Shown here: piece after piece, positions 40,364 to 49,552 of the stretch | How positions within the stretch are numbered: position 1 is the stretch's first letter | How the letters are laid out: each line of letters starts with the position of its first letter | DNA from: Dehalococcoidia bacterium | GTDB taxonomy: Bacteria; Chloroflexota; Dehalococcoidia; Bin125 | Length of the DNA: 64,000 nt | Assembly: GCA_963663235.2 (NCBI GenBank) | Contig: CAXXNO010000004.1 | Span: 256,001-320,000, forward strand | Direction of reading: 5' to 3' | Program-made: the position numbers and the translations under genes | The notes under the pieces: generated by a model | Seen by the model: only the letters and a program-made list of their open reading frames with translations | Told to the model about the DNA's origin: nothing | Databases searched by the model: none

Positions 40364-41178
40364 GCGGGGTAGGGCTCGGCCCGGGCCGGGTTGTCCTGGC
40401 CGCCCTTGGTGATGGAGCCGGTGTCCACGGTCAGCGAGCCGTCCGTGTTGACGCTGATGGCCATTGTGTCCATCGGGCGGGGCGCGGGACCGAAGGTGCG
40501 GACGCCCGCCTTGGTGTAGGTGGAGCCGTGGCAGGGGCAGCGGAACCAGCCGGTCACCCCCTCAAACCCGAAGGTGGGACGCCAGGGCACGGTGCACCCG
40601 AGGTGCGGGCACTTCCACCAGAGGGCGAGGAGCCCCCCAGCGCCTTGTTCGCCGAAGCCGCCGTGCGTCCCTTCACCGGGTTCCAGATTCACCAGCCAGA
40701 ACTTGCCGATGGCGAGGCGCACCGGGTCATCGCCGGGATCAGGCACCAAATCCGCCGCGACGCCGATCTGGCCACCAAACCCTGTGAGGCCCCGGGGCCA
40801 GAAGAAAGCGAGGAAGGCGGCGACGGAGCCCGTGAGCCCGATCCCGAACACGCCCCAGAAGGAGGCGCCCAGGAACTGGCGGCGGGCGACCTGCATGCCG
40901 CCGGCGCGACCCCGCTGCGCCTTGCGGACGATGGCCCGCTGGGGCGCGGCCTCGGCGCTGACGCCGCGCTGGTCGCCCGCGCCGAGATGGGGCGCGCGCT
41001 GGGGCCGCACGGCGGACGAGGGCTCGTCGCGGGAGGGGGTGCGGCGCGGCGGGCCGCCTTCGCCCGTGCCGCCCTCCGCGGGCTCGGGGGCGCCCGCGCG
41101 GGCGGGGACCGCCGCCTGCTCTGGCTCCTCCGCGGGCTGCGCGCCCTCGGCTGGTGGCTGCTGTTGCTCGTCCGTCAT
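40360..41178 (-). CDS. Rieske 2Fe-2S subunit (QcrA/PetC-like)
   Basis: RRQFL twin-Arg plus TM, CPHLGC and CPCHGS. Confidence 0.95.
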   Translation of the reverse strand: MTDEQQQPPAEGAQPAEEPEQAAVPARAGAPEPAEGGTGEGGPPRRTPSRDEPSSAVRPQRAPHLGAGDQRGVSAEAAPQRAIVRKAQRGRAGGMQVARRQFLGASFWGVFGIGLTGSVAAFLAFFWPRGLTGFGGQIGVAADLVPDPGDDPVRLAIGKFWLVNLEPGEGTHGGFGEQGAGGLLALWWKCPHLGCTVPWRPTFGFEGVTGWFRCPCHGSTYTKAGVRTFGPAPRPMDTMAISVNTDGSLTVDTGSITKGGQDNPARAEPYPA

Positions 41179-41197
41179 ACCGCTCCGGCGTCCGTCT

Positions 41198-42100
41198 CTA
41201 TTCCTCTACCACCACGATATCCCACGGCGGCCGTAGTTCCTGCGCCTCGCCGCGGAAGGCGACCCCGATAACGATTAGCGTGATGTACGCGGCGATGAAG
41301 CCGCTAAAGATCAGGATGGCGATGTCACGCCGCGACCGGATCCAGCCGAGTTTCCTCTTGGTAAAGAGGACCAGCAGGATGGGCAGACCCACCATGGCGG
41401 CCACGGGGATGACCTGCTGGGATAAGAACGAGGGGAAGTTGAGATTCAGCAGCCAGGGGTCGTTGGTGGTGCCGGGGATGCCGAGGGGGATGGCGCGCCA
41501 ATCCTGGAACATCTTGAAGTCGCCGATGGTGAAGCTGAGGTCATCCCAGTTGATCTTGGTGTCGATGGAGCGCAGGTCGCGGGCCCAGTCGAGCCCGCCC
41601 GGCCAGGTGAAGTCGCGGTTGAGACGGAGGCCGCGGATGACGTTTTCGGTCCACTCCACGTGCTTGGAGGCGTCATAGAGGACGAGCCAGATGGTGCCGA
41701 AGAGGCCGACGCCCGCGCCCCAGATCGACAGCCGGACCGAGTTCGCCGTGCCAAACCACACCCCCTGCTTCTCGTTGCTGCGATCCCAGTAGGGGATGGC
41801 GGCCAGGAGCACGAGGGCGATGGTGGGCACGATGACCCCCGCCCAAGCCGGCTCCATGTGCAGCAAGAGTTCCTGGAGGTTGAGGAAGTACCAGGGGGCC
41901 TTGGAGGGGTTCGGCGTGGTGTCTGGGTCCGCGCGACTGAGCAGCGGGGCGTTGATGAAGGCGGACAGGCCGACAAGGATGACGGTGAAGAGAACGGCGG
42001 AGATGAACTCCACGAAGACTAGGTCCGGCCAGACCAGGACCTCTTCTTCGCGCTCGCGGCGCTGTCGAGGCCGGGCCGCCGAGGCTACGCGTTCAGCCAT
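41198..42100 (-). CDS. Cytochrome b subunit IV-like protein (PetD-like)
   Basis: VWPDL, ADPDTTPNPSKAPWYFLNLQELL. Confidence 0.88.
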   Translation of the reverse strand: MAERVASAARPRQRREREEEVLVWPDLVFVEFISAVLFTVILVGLSAFINAPLLSRADPDTTPNPSKAPWYFLNLQELLLHMEPAWAGVIVPTIALVLLAAIPYWDRSNEKQGVWFGTANSVRLSIWGAGVGLFGTIWLVLYDASKHVEWTENVIRGLRLNRDFTWPGGLDWARDLRSIDTKINWDDLSFTIGDFKMFQDWRAIPLGIPGTTNDPWLLNLNFPSFLSQQVIPVAAMVGLPILLVLFTKRKLGWIRSRRDIAILIFSGFIAAYITLIVIGVAFRGEAQELRPPWDIVVVEE

Positions 42101-42143
42101 CGCTCCCTAACCCGGCGCCGGCTGGCCCGGCGCGGCGGCCCCT

Positions 42144-42899
42144 CTAGAGGGGTCGCGCCATTCCGCCATCGCGTCTGATCCGCCAGAAATGCACGGCCAT
42201 GAAGATCGCAGCGAGCAAAGGCAAGGCGATCACGTGCAGGGTATAGAAGCGGATCAACGCGTTGGGGCCCACGGAGAAGCCGCCCAGCAGCAGGAACTTG
42301 CTCTCGTCGCCCAGGATCGGCGCCGAGCCGATCATGGTGGTGCCCACGGTGATGGCCCAGAACGCCAGTTGATCCCAGGGCAGCAGATAGCCGGTGAAGG
42401 AAAGGAGCAGGGTGAGCACGAAGAGGATCACCCCGATCAGCCAGTTGAATTCGCGGGGGGGCTTGTAGGCGCCCGTGTAGAAGACCCGCATCATGTGCAG
42501 CAGCACGGTGATGATCATCGCGTGCGCCATCCAGCGATGCAGATTGCGCATCAGCGTGCCGAACCGCACGGTGGTCTCCAAGGCCTGGATGTCCGCATAG
42601 GCCCGCTCGACGGAGGGGACGTAGTAGAACATCAGGAGCACGCCGGTGACGGTCAGCCCCAGGAACATGAAGAAGGTGAGACCGCCCAGGCAGTAGGTGT
42701 GCGTGATCTTGACGTGCGTGCGGTGCAGCCGGGTGGGATGCAGGTGGAGAAAGACGTTGGTGGCGACCACCAGCATCTGATTGCGGGGCGTGTTGGGATA
42801 GCCGGTGCGGAAAATGGAGCGCCAGACGTAGTTGCCGAACAGCGCGTCGTAGAGCTGGTCGTTGAGCCCTTTACGTGGGGGGCGCTCCGCCGTAGCCAT
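42144..42899 (-). CDS. Cytochrome b6-type N-terminal cytochrome b (PetB/QcrB-like)
   Basis: YCLGG (heme ci Cys), [27 protein letters not shown]. Confidence 0.95.
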   Translation of the reverse strand: MATAERPPRKGLNDQLYDALFGNYVWRSIFRTGYPNTPRNQMLVVATNVFLHLHPTRLHRTHVKITHTYCLGGLTFFMFLGLTVTGVLLMFYYVPSVERAYADIQALETTVRFGTLMRNLHRWMAHAMIITVLLHMMRVFYTGAYKPPREFNWLIGVILFVLTLLLSFTGYLLPWDQLAFWAITVGTTMIGSAPILGDESKFLLLGGFSVGPNALIRFYTLHVIALPLLAAIFMAVHFWRIRRDGGMARPL

Positions 42900-42915
42900 G
42901 CGCGGCTGCCGCTCT

Positions 42916-43035
42916 CTAGTGATCCCACCAACGCCCGAGGGCGACCATGGCGCCGAGCCCAAAGACGATCGTGATAAAGACCAGCGGAAGCTCCATGATC
43001 TCGGAGCGGAAGGGGATTTGCAGCAGGACTTCCAC
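42916..43035 (-). CDS. Small single-TM protein at the head of the Rieske/b operon (39 aa from GTG 43035, or 26 aa from ATG 42996)
   Basis: (M)[38 protein letters not shown]; GAGGT upstream; lies between the promoter and cyt b. Confidence 0.6.
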   Translation of the reverse strand: MEVLLQIPFRSEIMELPLVFITIVFGLGAMVALGRWWDH

Positions 43036-43155
43036 GCCGCGCGGACCTCGCTCTCGGTCAGGCCTGACCTGCGCCTCGCTTGCGTCGCGCCGCGCGCCCA
43101 TCCCGCGGCCGAGCCGAAGACGAGGGCGCGCTTCGTGAAGGATTGTGCAATCGCG

Positions 43156-43183
43156 AATCTAGCATGCCGCTTGGGAGTGTCAA
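43156..43183 (-). promoter_or_regulatory. Putative sigma70 promoter of the Rieske/cyt b operon
   Basis: TTGACA (43183-43178), 16-bp spacer, TGc-TAGATT extended -10 (43161-43156). Confidence 0.65.
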
Positions 43184-43202
43184 GCGGGCCGGCCGGCGGC
43201 GG

Positions 43203-44249
43203 TCAGCCGGCGCCCGCGATCTCGACGGCGGGCGCGCCGTCCGCGGCGGTGATCTCCCCGACGACGCTCGCCGCCGGGTCGACGGCCAGCAGCGCGGCGA
43301 CATCCGGCGGCGCGACGGCCACGATCAGGCCGAGGCCCATGTTGAAGACCCGGAACATCTCGGCCTCGGTGATATCACCGGAGCGCTGGATCAGGGCGAA
43401 GATCGGCGGCTCGGGCCAGCTCCCCCGTCGCAGCCGAGCCGCAGCGCCGGGGGGCAGGATGCGCGCGAGGTTCTCGGCGATGGCGCCGCCGGTGATATGG
43501 GCGATGCCCTTGCAGCGACCGAGGACCGGCTGCAACTGCGTCGCATAGCAGCGATGCGGCCGCAGCAGCGCGTCGCCCAGCGGGGCGCCGAGCTCGGCGG
43601 GCGCGGCGAGCAGGATGCGCTGGTCCTGCTCCTCATCACCGCGGCCCAACTGAAAGACCGCCCGCGCCAAGGAGTAGCCGTTGGTGTGGAGCCCGCTGCT
43701 GGGAAAGCCGACGAGTGTGTCCCCCAGGGCGATGGTGCTGCCATCGATCTGGCGGCCCTTTTCCACGACCCCCACGATGGTGCCGGCGAGGTCGAAGTCA
43801 CCCGAGCGGTAGAGCCCCGGCATGTCCGCCGTCTCGCCGCCGAGGAGCGCCGTCTCCGTGGCCCGGCAGGCGCGCGCGACGCCGGCGACGATCTCCACCT
43901 TGTGGTCCGCGGTGAGGTCGCTGCCGGCCAGGTAGTCCAAGAAGAAGAGCGGACGGGCGCCCGCCGTGAGGATGTCGTTGATGCAGTGGTTGACTAGGTC
44001 TTCGCCCACCGTGCCATAGCGCTGGAGCGTGCGAGCGATCAGCAGCTTGGTGCCGACGCCGTCCGTGGAGGCGACCAGGAGTGGTTGCTTGAAGCCGCTG
44101 ATATCGAAGAGGCCGCTGAAGGCCCCGAGACCGCCGATGACCTCAGGGCGGCCAGCCGTGGCGGCGAGAGCGCGCAGGCGCGGGATCAGCCGCGTGTTGG
44201 CGTCGACGTCGACTCCGGCGGCAGCGTAGCGCGAGGCCTCAGCGGCCAC
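43203..44249 (-). CDS. purM: Phosphoribosylformylglycinamidine cyclo-ligase
   Basis: STDGVGTK, GGETADMPG, SSGLHTNGYSL, FNMGLG. Confidence 0.97.
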   Translation of the reverse strand: MAAEASRYAAAGVDVDANTRLIPRLRALAATAGRPEVIGGLGAFSGLFDISGFKQPLLVASTDGVGTKLLIARTLQRYGTVGEDLVNHCINDILTAGARPLFFLDYLAGSDLTADHKVEIVAGVARACRATETALLGGETADMPGLYRSGDFDLAGTIVGVVEKGRQIDGSTIALGDTLVGFPSSGLHTNGYSLARAVFQLGRGDEEQDQRILLAAPAELGAPLGDALLRPHRCYATQLQPVLGRCKGIAHITGGAIAENLARILPPGAAARLRRGSWPEPPIFALIQRSGDITEAEMFRVFNMGLGLIVAVAPPDVAALLAVDPAASVVGEITAADGAPAVEIAGAG

Positions 44250-45729
44250 TCCACTCCTTGGACGGCATGGGGGCGCTGTGCACGGTGGCGTTGGAGACGA
44301 GACGTGGGGAGTCGCCGTCGATCTCTTGGCCGTTGCGCTCGAAGGCGAGTTTATCCATGTCCAACTGCACCGGGACGGGATATTGGCCGGTGAAGCAGGC
44401 CAGGCAGTGGGGCTCCCCGGCCAAGTTCACGGCGCTTTGCAGCCCTTCCAGGCTGAGGTAGCCGAGGCTGTCGGCGTTGATGTGCTGCCGAATCTCATCG
44501 ACCGAGAGTTGGGCGGCGATCAATTCGCCGCGCGTGGCCATGTCCACGCCGAAGAAGCAGGCGTTGGTGATAGGCGGCGCGCAGATGCGCATGTGCACCT
44601 CGGCCGCCCCCGCGTTGCGCAGCAGCGCGATCACGCGCGGGGTCGTGGTGCCGCGGACGATGGAGTCGTCGATCACCGCGATCCGCTTGCCCCGGATGAT
44701 GTCCGGGAGCGGATTGAACTTCAGGCTGACCCCCAGCTCCCGCAGGTGCTGGTCCGGCTGGATGAAGGTGCGGCCCACGTAGCGGTTCTTCACCAACCCC
44801 TCCGCATAGGGGAGGCCGGCCGCGCGCGCGTAGCCGACCGCCGCCGCGGTGGCGGAGTCGGGGATGCCGATGACGAGATCGGCGGTGGGCGTGGGATGCT
44901 CCTTGGCCAAGCGCTCACCCATCGCCAGGCGGCTGGAGTAGACCAGCCGGCCGTCGAGCTTGGAGTCGGGCCGGGCGAAGTAGATGTGCTCGAAGACGCA
45001 ACCGGCCCGCTGCTCGACCGGGGCCACCTGCTCCGACTTGAGCCCCTCAGCGCTGATGGTGAGCAACTCCCCGGGAGCGATATCGCGCACGTATTCGGCG
45101 CCGATGTGGTCCAGGGCGCAGGTCTCCGAGGCCACGGCGTAACCGCCGTCGATGCGGCCGAGGCAAAGCGGCCGCACGCCGAGGGGATCGCGGGCGGCCA
45201 TGACCCGGTCCGCGGTCAGCAGGACGAGGGAGTAGGCCCCGTTGAAGGCGCGCATCATCTGCGCGAAGCGCTCCGCCCAGGACCCAGCGCCGGCCAGCAA
45301 CGCGCGCCCAATGATCTCCGAGTCCGTGGAGGTGGAGAAGCGCTGGCCCTCGCGCTCCATGTGGGCGCGCATCTCCACGGCGTTGACCACGTTGCCGTTG
45401 TGGGCGAGCGCGAGCTCGCCGTCGGCGCCGTTGAGCAGCAACGGCTGCGCGTTGCGTGGGTGGCTGGAGCCCGTGGTGGAGTAGCGGGTATGTCCGATGG
45501 CGGCGAGGCCGCCGCGCAGCGGCTCGAGGTCGCTCTCCTCGAAAACCTGGGACACAAGCCCCATGCCCGTGTGCAGGCTCAGGCGCTCTCCGTCCGAGGC
45601 GCAGATCCCGGCGCTTTCCTGCCCACGATGCTGGAGCGCGTAAAGCCCGTAGAAGGTGAGTCGTGCGACGTCCAGGCCGGGGGCAAAGACGCCGAAAACT
45701 CCGCAGGCCTCTCGCATCTGGTCGCCCAC
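44239..45729 (-). CDS. purF: Amidophosphoribosyltransferase
   Basis: REACGVFG (N-terminal Cys), LQHRGQE, GHTRYST, VIDDSIVRGTT. Confidence 0.97.
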   Translation of the reverse strand: MGDQMREACGVFGVFAPGLDVARLTFYGLYALQHRGQESAGICASDGERLSLHTGMGLVSQVFEESDLEPLRGGLAAIGHTRYSTTGSSHPRNAQPLLLNGADGELALAHNGNVVNAVEMRAHMEREGQRFSTSTDSEIIGRALLAGAGSWAERFAQMMRAFNGAYSLVLLTADRVMAARDPLGVRPLCLGRIDGGYAVASETCALDHIGAEYVRDIAPGELLTISAEGLKSEQVAPVEQRAGCVFEHIYFARPDSKLDGRLVYSSRLAMGERLAKEHPTPTADLVIGIPDSATAAAVGYARAAGLPYAEGLVKNRYVGRTFIQPDQHLRELGVSLKFNPLPDIIRGKRIAVIDDSIVRGTTTPRVIALLRNAGAAEVHMRICAPPITNACFFGVDMATRGELIAAQLSVDEIRQHINADSLGYLSLEGLQSAVNLAGEPHCLACFTGQYPVPVQLDMDKLAFERNGQEIDGDSPRLVSNATVHSAPMPSKEWSGR

Positions 45730-45854
45730 GGTTACCTCCCGCGACACCGACCCGAGACACTGCCTGTTCCGCGTCCGCGTGGGAGCGGAACAGCCCTGCG
45801 TGTCCTCAATGTAACACAAGGCCGGTCTGGTTCCAGCGCGAACCGCCGCGAGCC

Positions 45855-46277
45855 TTACGGAGCGGGCGCCGCCCAGCGCTGATGCTCCACCGCGATGCAG
45901 CGGTCCTGCACGGTGCGCAGCCCAGCGCGAGCCGCCCGCTCCAATCCGGCGTCGTTGCGGATGCCGAGCTGGAGCCACACGGCCCCGGCGCCCACGCCGA
46001 CGGCCGCATCGATGGCGGGGCCGGTCGCCTGGGAGCGGCGGAACACGTTGACGCCGTCGATGGAGTGGGGCACGGCTTCCAGCGTCGGGTAGACCGGCTC
46101 ACCCAGGATGGACCCGCGCTCACGCGGATTGACGGGGATGATGCGGTAGCCGTGTTCCTGCATGTAGCGGGCCACCTGGAAGCTGGGGCGCTGCGCTCCG
46201 GCCGAGAGGCCGACCACCGCGATCGTGCGGGCATCGTGGAGGATGGCGTCGATCAGCGCGTCGAGGCGGGCGGGCAT
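45855..46277 (-). CDS. CoA-binding protein (YccU-like)
   Basis: TIAVVGLS...RPS...IIPVNP...VFRRS...VWLQLGI...VQDRC. Confidence 0.9.
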   Translation of the reverse strand: MPARLDALIDAILHDARTIAVVGLSAGAQRPSFQVARYMQEHGYRIIPVNPRERGSILGEPVYPTLEAVPHSIDGVNVFRRSQATGPAIDAAVGVGAGAVWLQLGIRNDAGLERAARAGLRTVQDRCIAVEHQRWAAPAP

Positions 46278-46291
46278 GACGGCTCCGCGCC

Positions 46292-46945
46292 CTACCAGAT
46301 GGGGCCGCGCAGCGGCGCGTCGCTGATGGCGGCGAACGCCTCCGCCACTTCCATCACCCGGTCGAGCCCGGTTTCCTCCATCTCGCGCGGAACGGAGAGC
46401 CCGCCGACGCGGAGGCGTTTCCCGTTCTTCTTCACCAGCGTCAGGTCCCACTGGGCGAAGGCGTGCGCCTCCTCCACGCCGTCGGGGTGCTGGATCTCCC
46501 GGCCCGCGTCCTCCACCACGAACTCCCGGATCTTCCAGAAGGGCACCAGGTCCGTCGTGCCCACGCCCATGCCGAGGACGGGCTGCTTCCAGGCCACCGA
46601 GCGACCGGCCCCGTCGGCCACGACGTTGGCCCCGAAGAGGGAGTAGACGAGCCCCAGCCCGGCGATCGGCAGGGCCAGCACGGCACCGGCCAGCAGCACC
46701 GGCAGCGACCAAAAAGGTAAGGAGCCGGACCACTGCACCAGCGCGAAGAGGAGGAACGCGGCCAGCGCGACTCCCATCGCCGGCAGCACGATCAGCGAGC
46801 GGGGGCGGCGGACCTCGATCCGGTCCGCCGAGATCTGCACCACCCGCCGGTGGAGGAGAACCTCGCGCGGACGCAGCGGCTCGGCATCGCGCGCCGCGGG
46901 CTCGACGGCAGCACGCCCGGCGACGGGAGTGAACGGGACGCTCAT
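46292..46945 (-). CDS. Hypothetical membrane protein (2 TM plus soluble domain)
   Basis: Two hydrophobic segments; fills the gap with a plausible sequence. Confidence 0.75.
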   Translation of the reverse strand: MSVPFTPVAGRAAVEPAARDAEPLRPREVLLHRRVVQISADRIEVRRPRSLIVLPAMGVALAAFLLFALVQWSGSLPFWSLPVLLAGAVLALPIAGLGLVYSLFGANVVADGAGRSVAWKQPVLGMGVGTTDLVPFWKIREFVVEDAGREIQHPDGVEEAHAFAQWDLTLVKKNGKRLRVGGLSVPREMEETGLDRVMEVAEAFAAISDAPLRGPIW

Positions 46946-47018
46946 GGCGCTCCCGAGTATACCGAGCCAACACCGACGCAGCCTGGACGGGCGCGAATCC
47001 CGTTCCTATCCTCGCGCC

Positions 47019-47249
47019 ATGGACCGTACCCGCCTGACCGGCCTGGTGCTCATGGCCGTGACCGTGGCGCAGCTGGCGCTGTTCGTCACCATGACGGCCC
47101 GCCGCAGCTACGCGGCGCTGGCCGTACCGGTGACCGTAGGGGTCACCGTCGTGTCGGTCCTCGGTTTCTGGGTCGGCTGGACCGTCCTCGCGATGGAGGA
47201 TGACCTCTCCGGCCTGGAGTTCGAAGCCGAGCCGCTGGACGAAGACTAG
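47019..47249 (+). CDS. Small 2-TM hypothetical protein
   Basis: MDRTRLTGLVLMAV...GFWVGWTVLAMEDD, acidic tail. Confidence 0.72.
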   Translation: MDRTRLTGLVLMAVTVAQLALFVTMTARRSYAALAVPVTVGVTVVSVLGFWVGWTVLAMEDDLSGLEFEAEPLDED

Positions 47250-47752
47250 CCGGCGGCCGGCGTGCCCCAGCCCGCATCCGCCAGCCGCACGAGATCGCCC
47301 GTATCGACGCCGGCCAGGGCGGCCCGCACGTCCACGCTCCAGCCCGGCAGGCGCCGCCGCGGCGCCACGTCCGCCAGCGGCCGTAGCACGAAGCCGCGCT
47401 CGGCAATGCGCGGATGGGGAATCGTCAAGCGCTCATCCTCAAGGCGCCAGTTGTCGTAGAAGAGGATGTCGAGGTCGAGCGGGCGCGGCCCCCAGCGCGG
47501 ACCGGGGCGACGACCGACGTCCCATTCGATCCGCTGGAGGCGCTCCAGTAGCGGATGGGGAAGGAGATCCGTCTCGGCGAGGCACACGGCGTTGAGGAAG
47601 CGGGGCTGCTCCGTGACCCCCACCGGGGCCGACTCGTACAGCGCCGAGAGCGCCGTCACGCGCACCGCGGGGGGCAGGAGCGCCAGGCCGCGCCGCAGAT
47701 TGGCCAGCCGGTCGCCGAGGTTGGAGCCCAGCGCGATGCCGACCTCAGCCAC
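47246..47752 (-). CDS. folK: HPPK
   Basis: ALGSNLGDR, QPRFLNAV, WGPRPLDLDIL, PHPR. Confidence 0.96.
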   Translation of the reverse strand: MAEVGIALGSNLGDRLANLRRGLALLPPAVRVTALSALYESAPVGVTEQPRFLNAVCLAETDLLPHPLLERLQRIEWDVGRRPGPRWGPRPLDLDILFYDNWRLEDERLTIPHPRIAERGFVLRPLADVAPRRRLPGWSVDVRAALAGVDTGDLVRLADAGWGTPAAG

Positions 47753-48593
47753 CGCCCGCGCCTCGTGCCCAGCCGCGCACGACGGCGTCCGTCATCCGGG
47801 CCACGCGCACCATCTCCCGGACATCGTGCACGCGCACGACATCGGCTCCGTTGGCGATGGCCAGGGCGACGAGCGCCGCGGTGCCCTCCACCCGTTCCCC
47901 CACGGGCAGGTCCAGCACCAGCCCGATTGTGCTCTTGCGCGACGGCCCCAGAAGGATGGGGTGGCCGAGACGGCGCAACTCGCGCAAGCGCCGGATCAAC
48001 TCCAGGTTCTGCTCCGGCTCCCAGCCGAAGCCAAAGCCGGGGTCGACGATCAGGCGCTCGCGGGCCACGCCCGCGCGGCGCGCGGCCTGGAACGACTCCT
48101 CCAGTCCCCCGCAGACGTCGGCGACGACATCGCGGAACGGGCGGCCGCGCTGGTTGTGCATCACGACCGCCGCCGCGCCGGCCCGGGCGACGGCGTCGGC
48201 GACGCCCGGATCGGCGCGGAAGCCGTTGGTGTCGTTGATGAGCGTGGCGCCCGCCTCCAAGGCGGCGCGGGCCACCGGCCCCTTGCCGGTATCGACGCTG
48301 ACGGGGAGCGCGAACTCCGCACACAGCCGCTGGACCACCGGCGCCACGCGGGCGATCTCGACCTCGGCCGGAACGGGCGTGTAGCCGGGGCGGGTGGACT
48401 CCGCGCCCACGTCCAGGATGTCCGCGCCCTCCGCCACGAAGCGGGCCGCCTGGGCCAGCGCCGCCTCGACATTGGCGCCGAGGCCGTCGCCGGCAAAGGA
48501 GTCGGTGGTGAGGTTGATGATGCCCATGACGTAGGTCCGGTGGCCCCAGGCGAAGGTGCGGCCGGCCAGGGTCAGAGGCTGCGGATCGGGCAT
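47745..48593 (-). CDS. folP: Dihydropteroate synthase
   Basis: MGIINLTTDSF, GAESTRPG, DPGFGF, SRKS, VRVHDV. Confidence 0.96.
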   Translation of the reverse strand: MPDPQPLTLAGRTFAWGHRTYVMGIINLTTDSFAGDGLGANVEAALAQAARFVAEGADILDVGAESTRPGYTPVPAEVEIARVAPVVQRLCAEFALPVSVDTGKGPVARAALEAGATLINDTNGFRADPGVADAVARAGAAAVVMHNQRGRPFRDVVADVCGGLEESFQAARRAGVARERLIVDPGFGFGWEPEQNLELIRRLRELRRLGHPILLGPSRKSTIGLVLDLPVGERVEGTAALVALAIANGADVVRVHDVREMVRVARMTDAVVRGWARGAGGG

Positions 48594-48600
48594 GACGGCG

Positions 48601-49107
48601 TCAGGGGGAAAGGGGGACCTCCGTCACAGACACTTTGAGCGGTCCGCCGCTGCTCTCCAGCCGGCAGCGCCGACTCCCCGCGTCCGGATCGCCGCGGCGC
48701 AAGCGGACCTCGGTCTCGTGGCCGTCCTGGATGCGCCACGCGCGCACGTCCGGCGGCTCCTCCGAGAGGGAGACGAGCACCCAGTAGGGCCAGGGGTCGG
48801 GCCCCTCCAGCATGCCGGCGAAGCGGAGGTCCGTGAGGGAGGGCCGAGCGTCCGTCTGCGTATGGGAATGATAGATGGCGAAGAGGTCGGCGCGCTGTTT
48901 CTCGATGGCGCTGAAGAGGTAGTGCAGCTCCGCGGGGGGCAAGGCAAAGCGATAGGGGCTGGCTTCGGCGTTGGTGGCGCGATAGAGCTTGAGGGCGCCG
49001 TCCGGGTAGCGGACCACCACGCCGCAGCACTCGTTGGGCGTGTCCTCACGGGCGTGGACGATCATCTCATCGATGAACGACTGTGGGAGCGTCAACGAGT
49101 CAGCCAC
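48601..49107 (-). CDS. JAMM/MPN+ metalloprotease (Mec-like, M67)
   Basis: PNECCG, IYHSHTQTDARPSLTD (HxH-x7-S-x2-D). Confidence 0.92.
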   Translation of the reverse strand: MADSLTLPQSFIDEMIVHAREDTPNECCGVVVRYPDGALKLYRATNAEASPYRFALPPAELHYLFSAIEKQRADLFAIYHSHTQTDARPSLTDLRFAGMLEGPDPWPYWVLVSLSEEPPDVRAWRIQDGHETEVRLRRGDPDAGSRRCRLESSGGPLKVSVTEVPLSP

Positions 49108-49138
49108 GCCGGCGGTGTCCCCCTCTCTGCACTAGCCC

Positions 49139-49525
49139 TCAGCGGGCGGCCTCTGGCGGCCGCCATTTGCGGATGGGGCCATCGTCATGGCACGAGCCGG
49201 GCGCCCGCTGCATCCGGAGGAGCGACCGGCTGAGCGGCGGGGAGACGAGATGCTCCAGCCAGTGATCGCGCTCAGCGTCCGGGAGCCAGCCTTGCAGGTC
49301 ACCGAGGCGCAGGTGGATCAGCCGGTCGCTCTCCACGATGCCAAAGTCTAACGCCGACCGACCGGGCACCAGCAAGCGGCCGACCGTGTCCGTGCGGAGC
49401 ACCTGGGCGCCGGACCGTTGCAGCGCCTGATTGAGGACCGCGGCGCGAAAATGCAACGGTAGGAGCGCGCCGTCGTTCCAGGCGCGCCGTACCAGGTCCT
49501 GCGCGAGTGCGTCCGCGTCCTGCAT
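49139..49525 (-). CDS. Hypothetical protein in the sulfur-relay cluster
   Basis: 128 aa with GGAGG RBS; RTDTVGRL...DFGI...HW...GSCHDDG. Confidence 0.75.
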   Translation of the reverse strand: MQDADALAQDLVRRAWNDGALLPLHFRAAVLNQALQRSGAQVLRTDTVGRLLVPGRSALDFGIVESDRLIHLRLGDLQGWLPDAERDHWLEHLVSPPLSRSLLRMQRAPGSCHDDGPIRKWRPPEAAR

Positions 49526-49552
49526 GGCCTCCCCAGGCGATGCACGCCGGGG

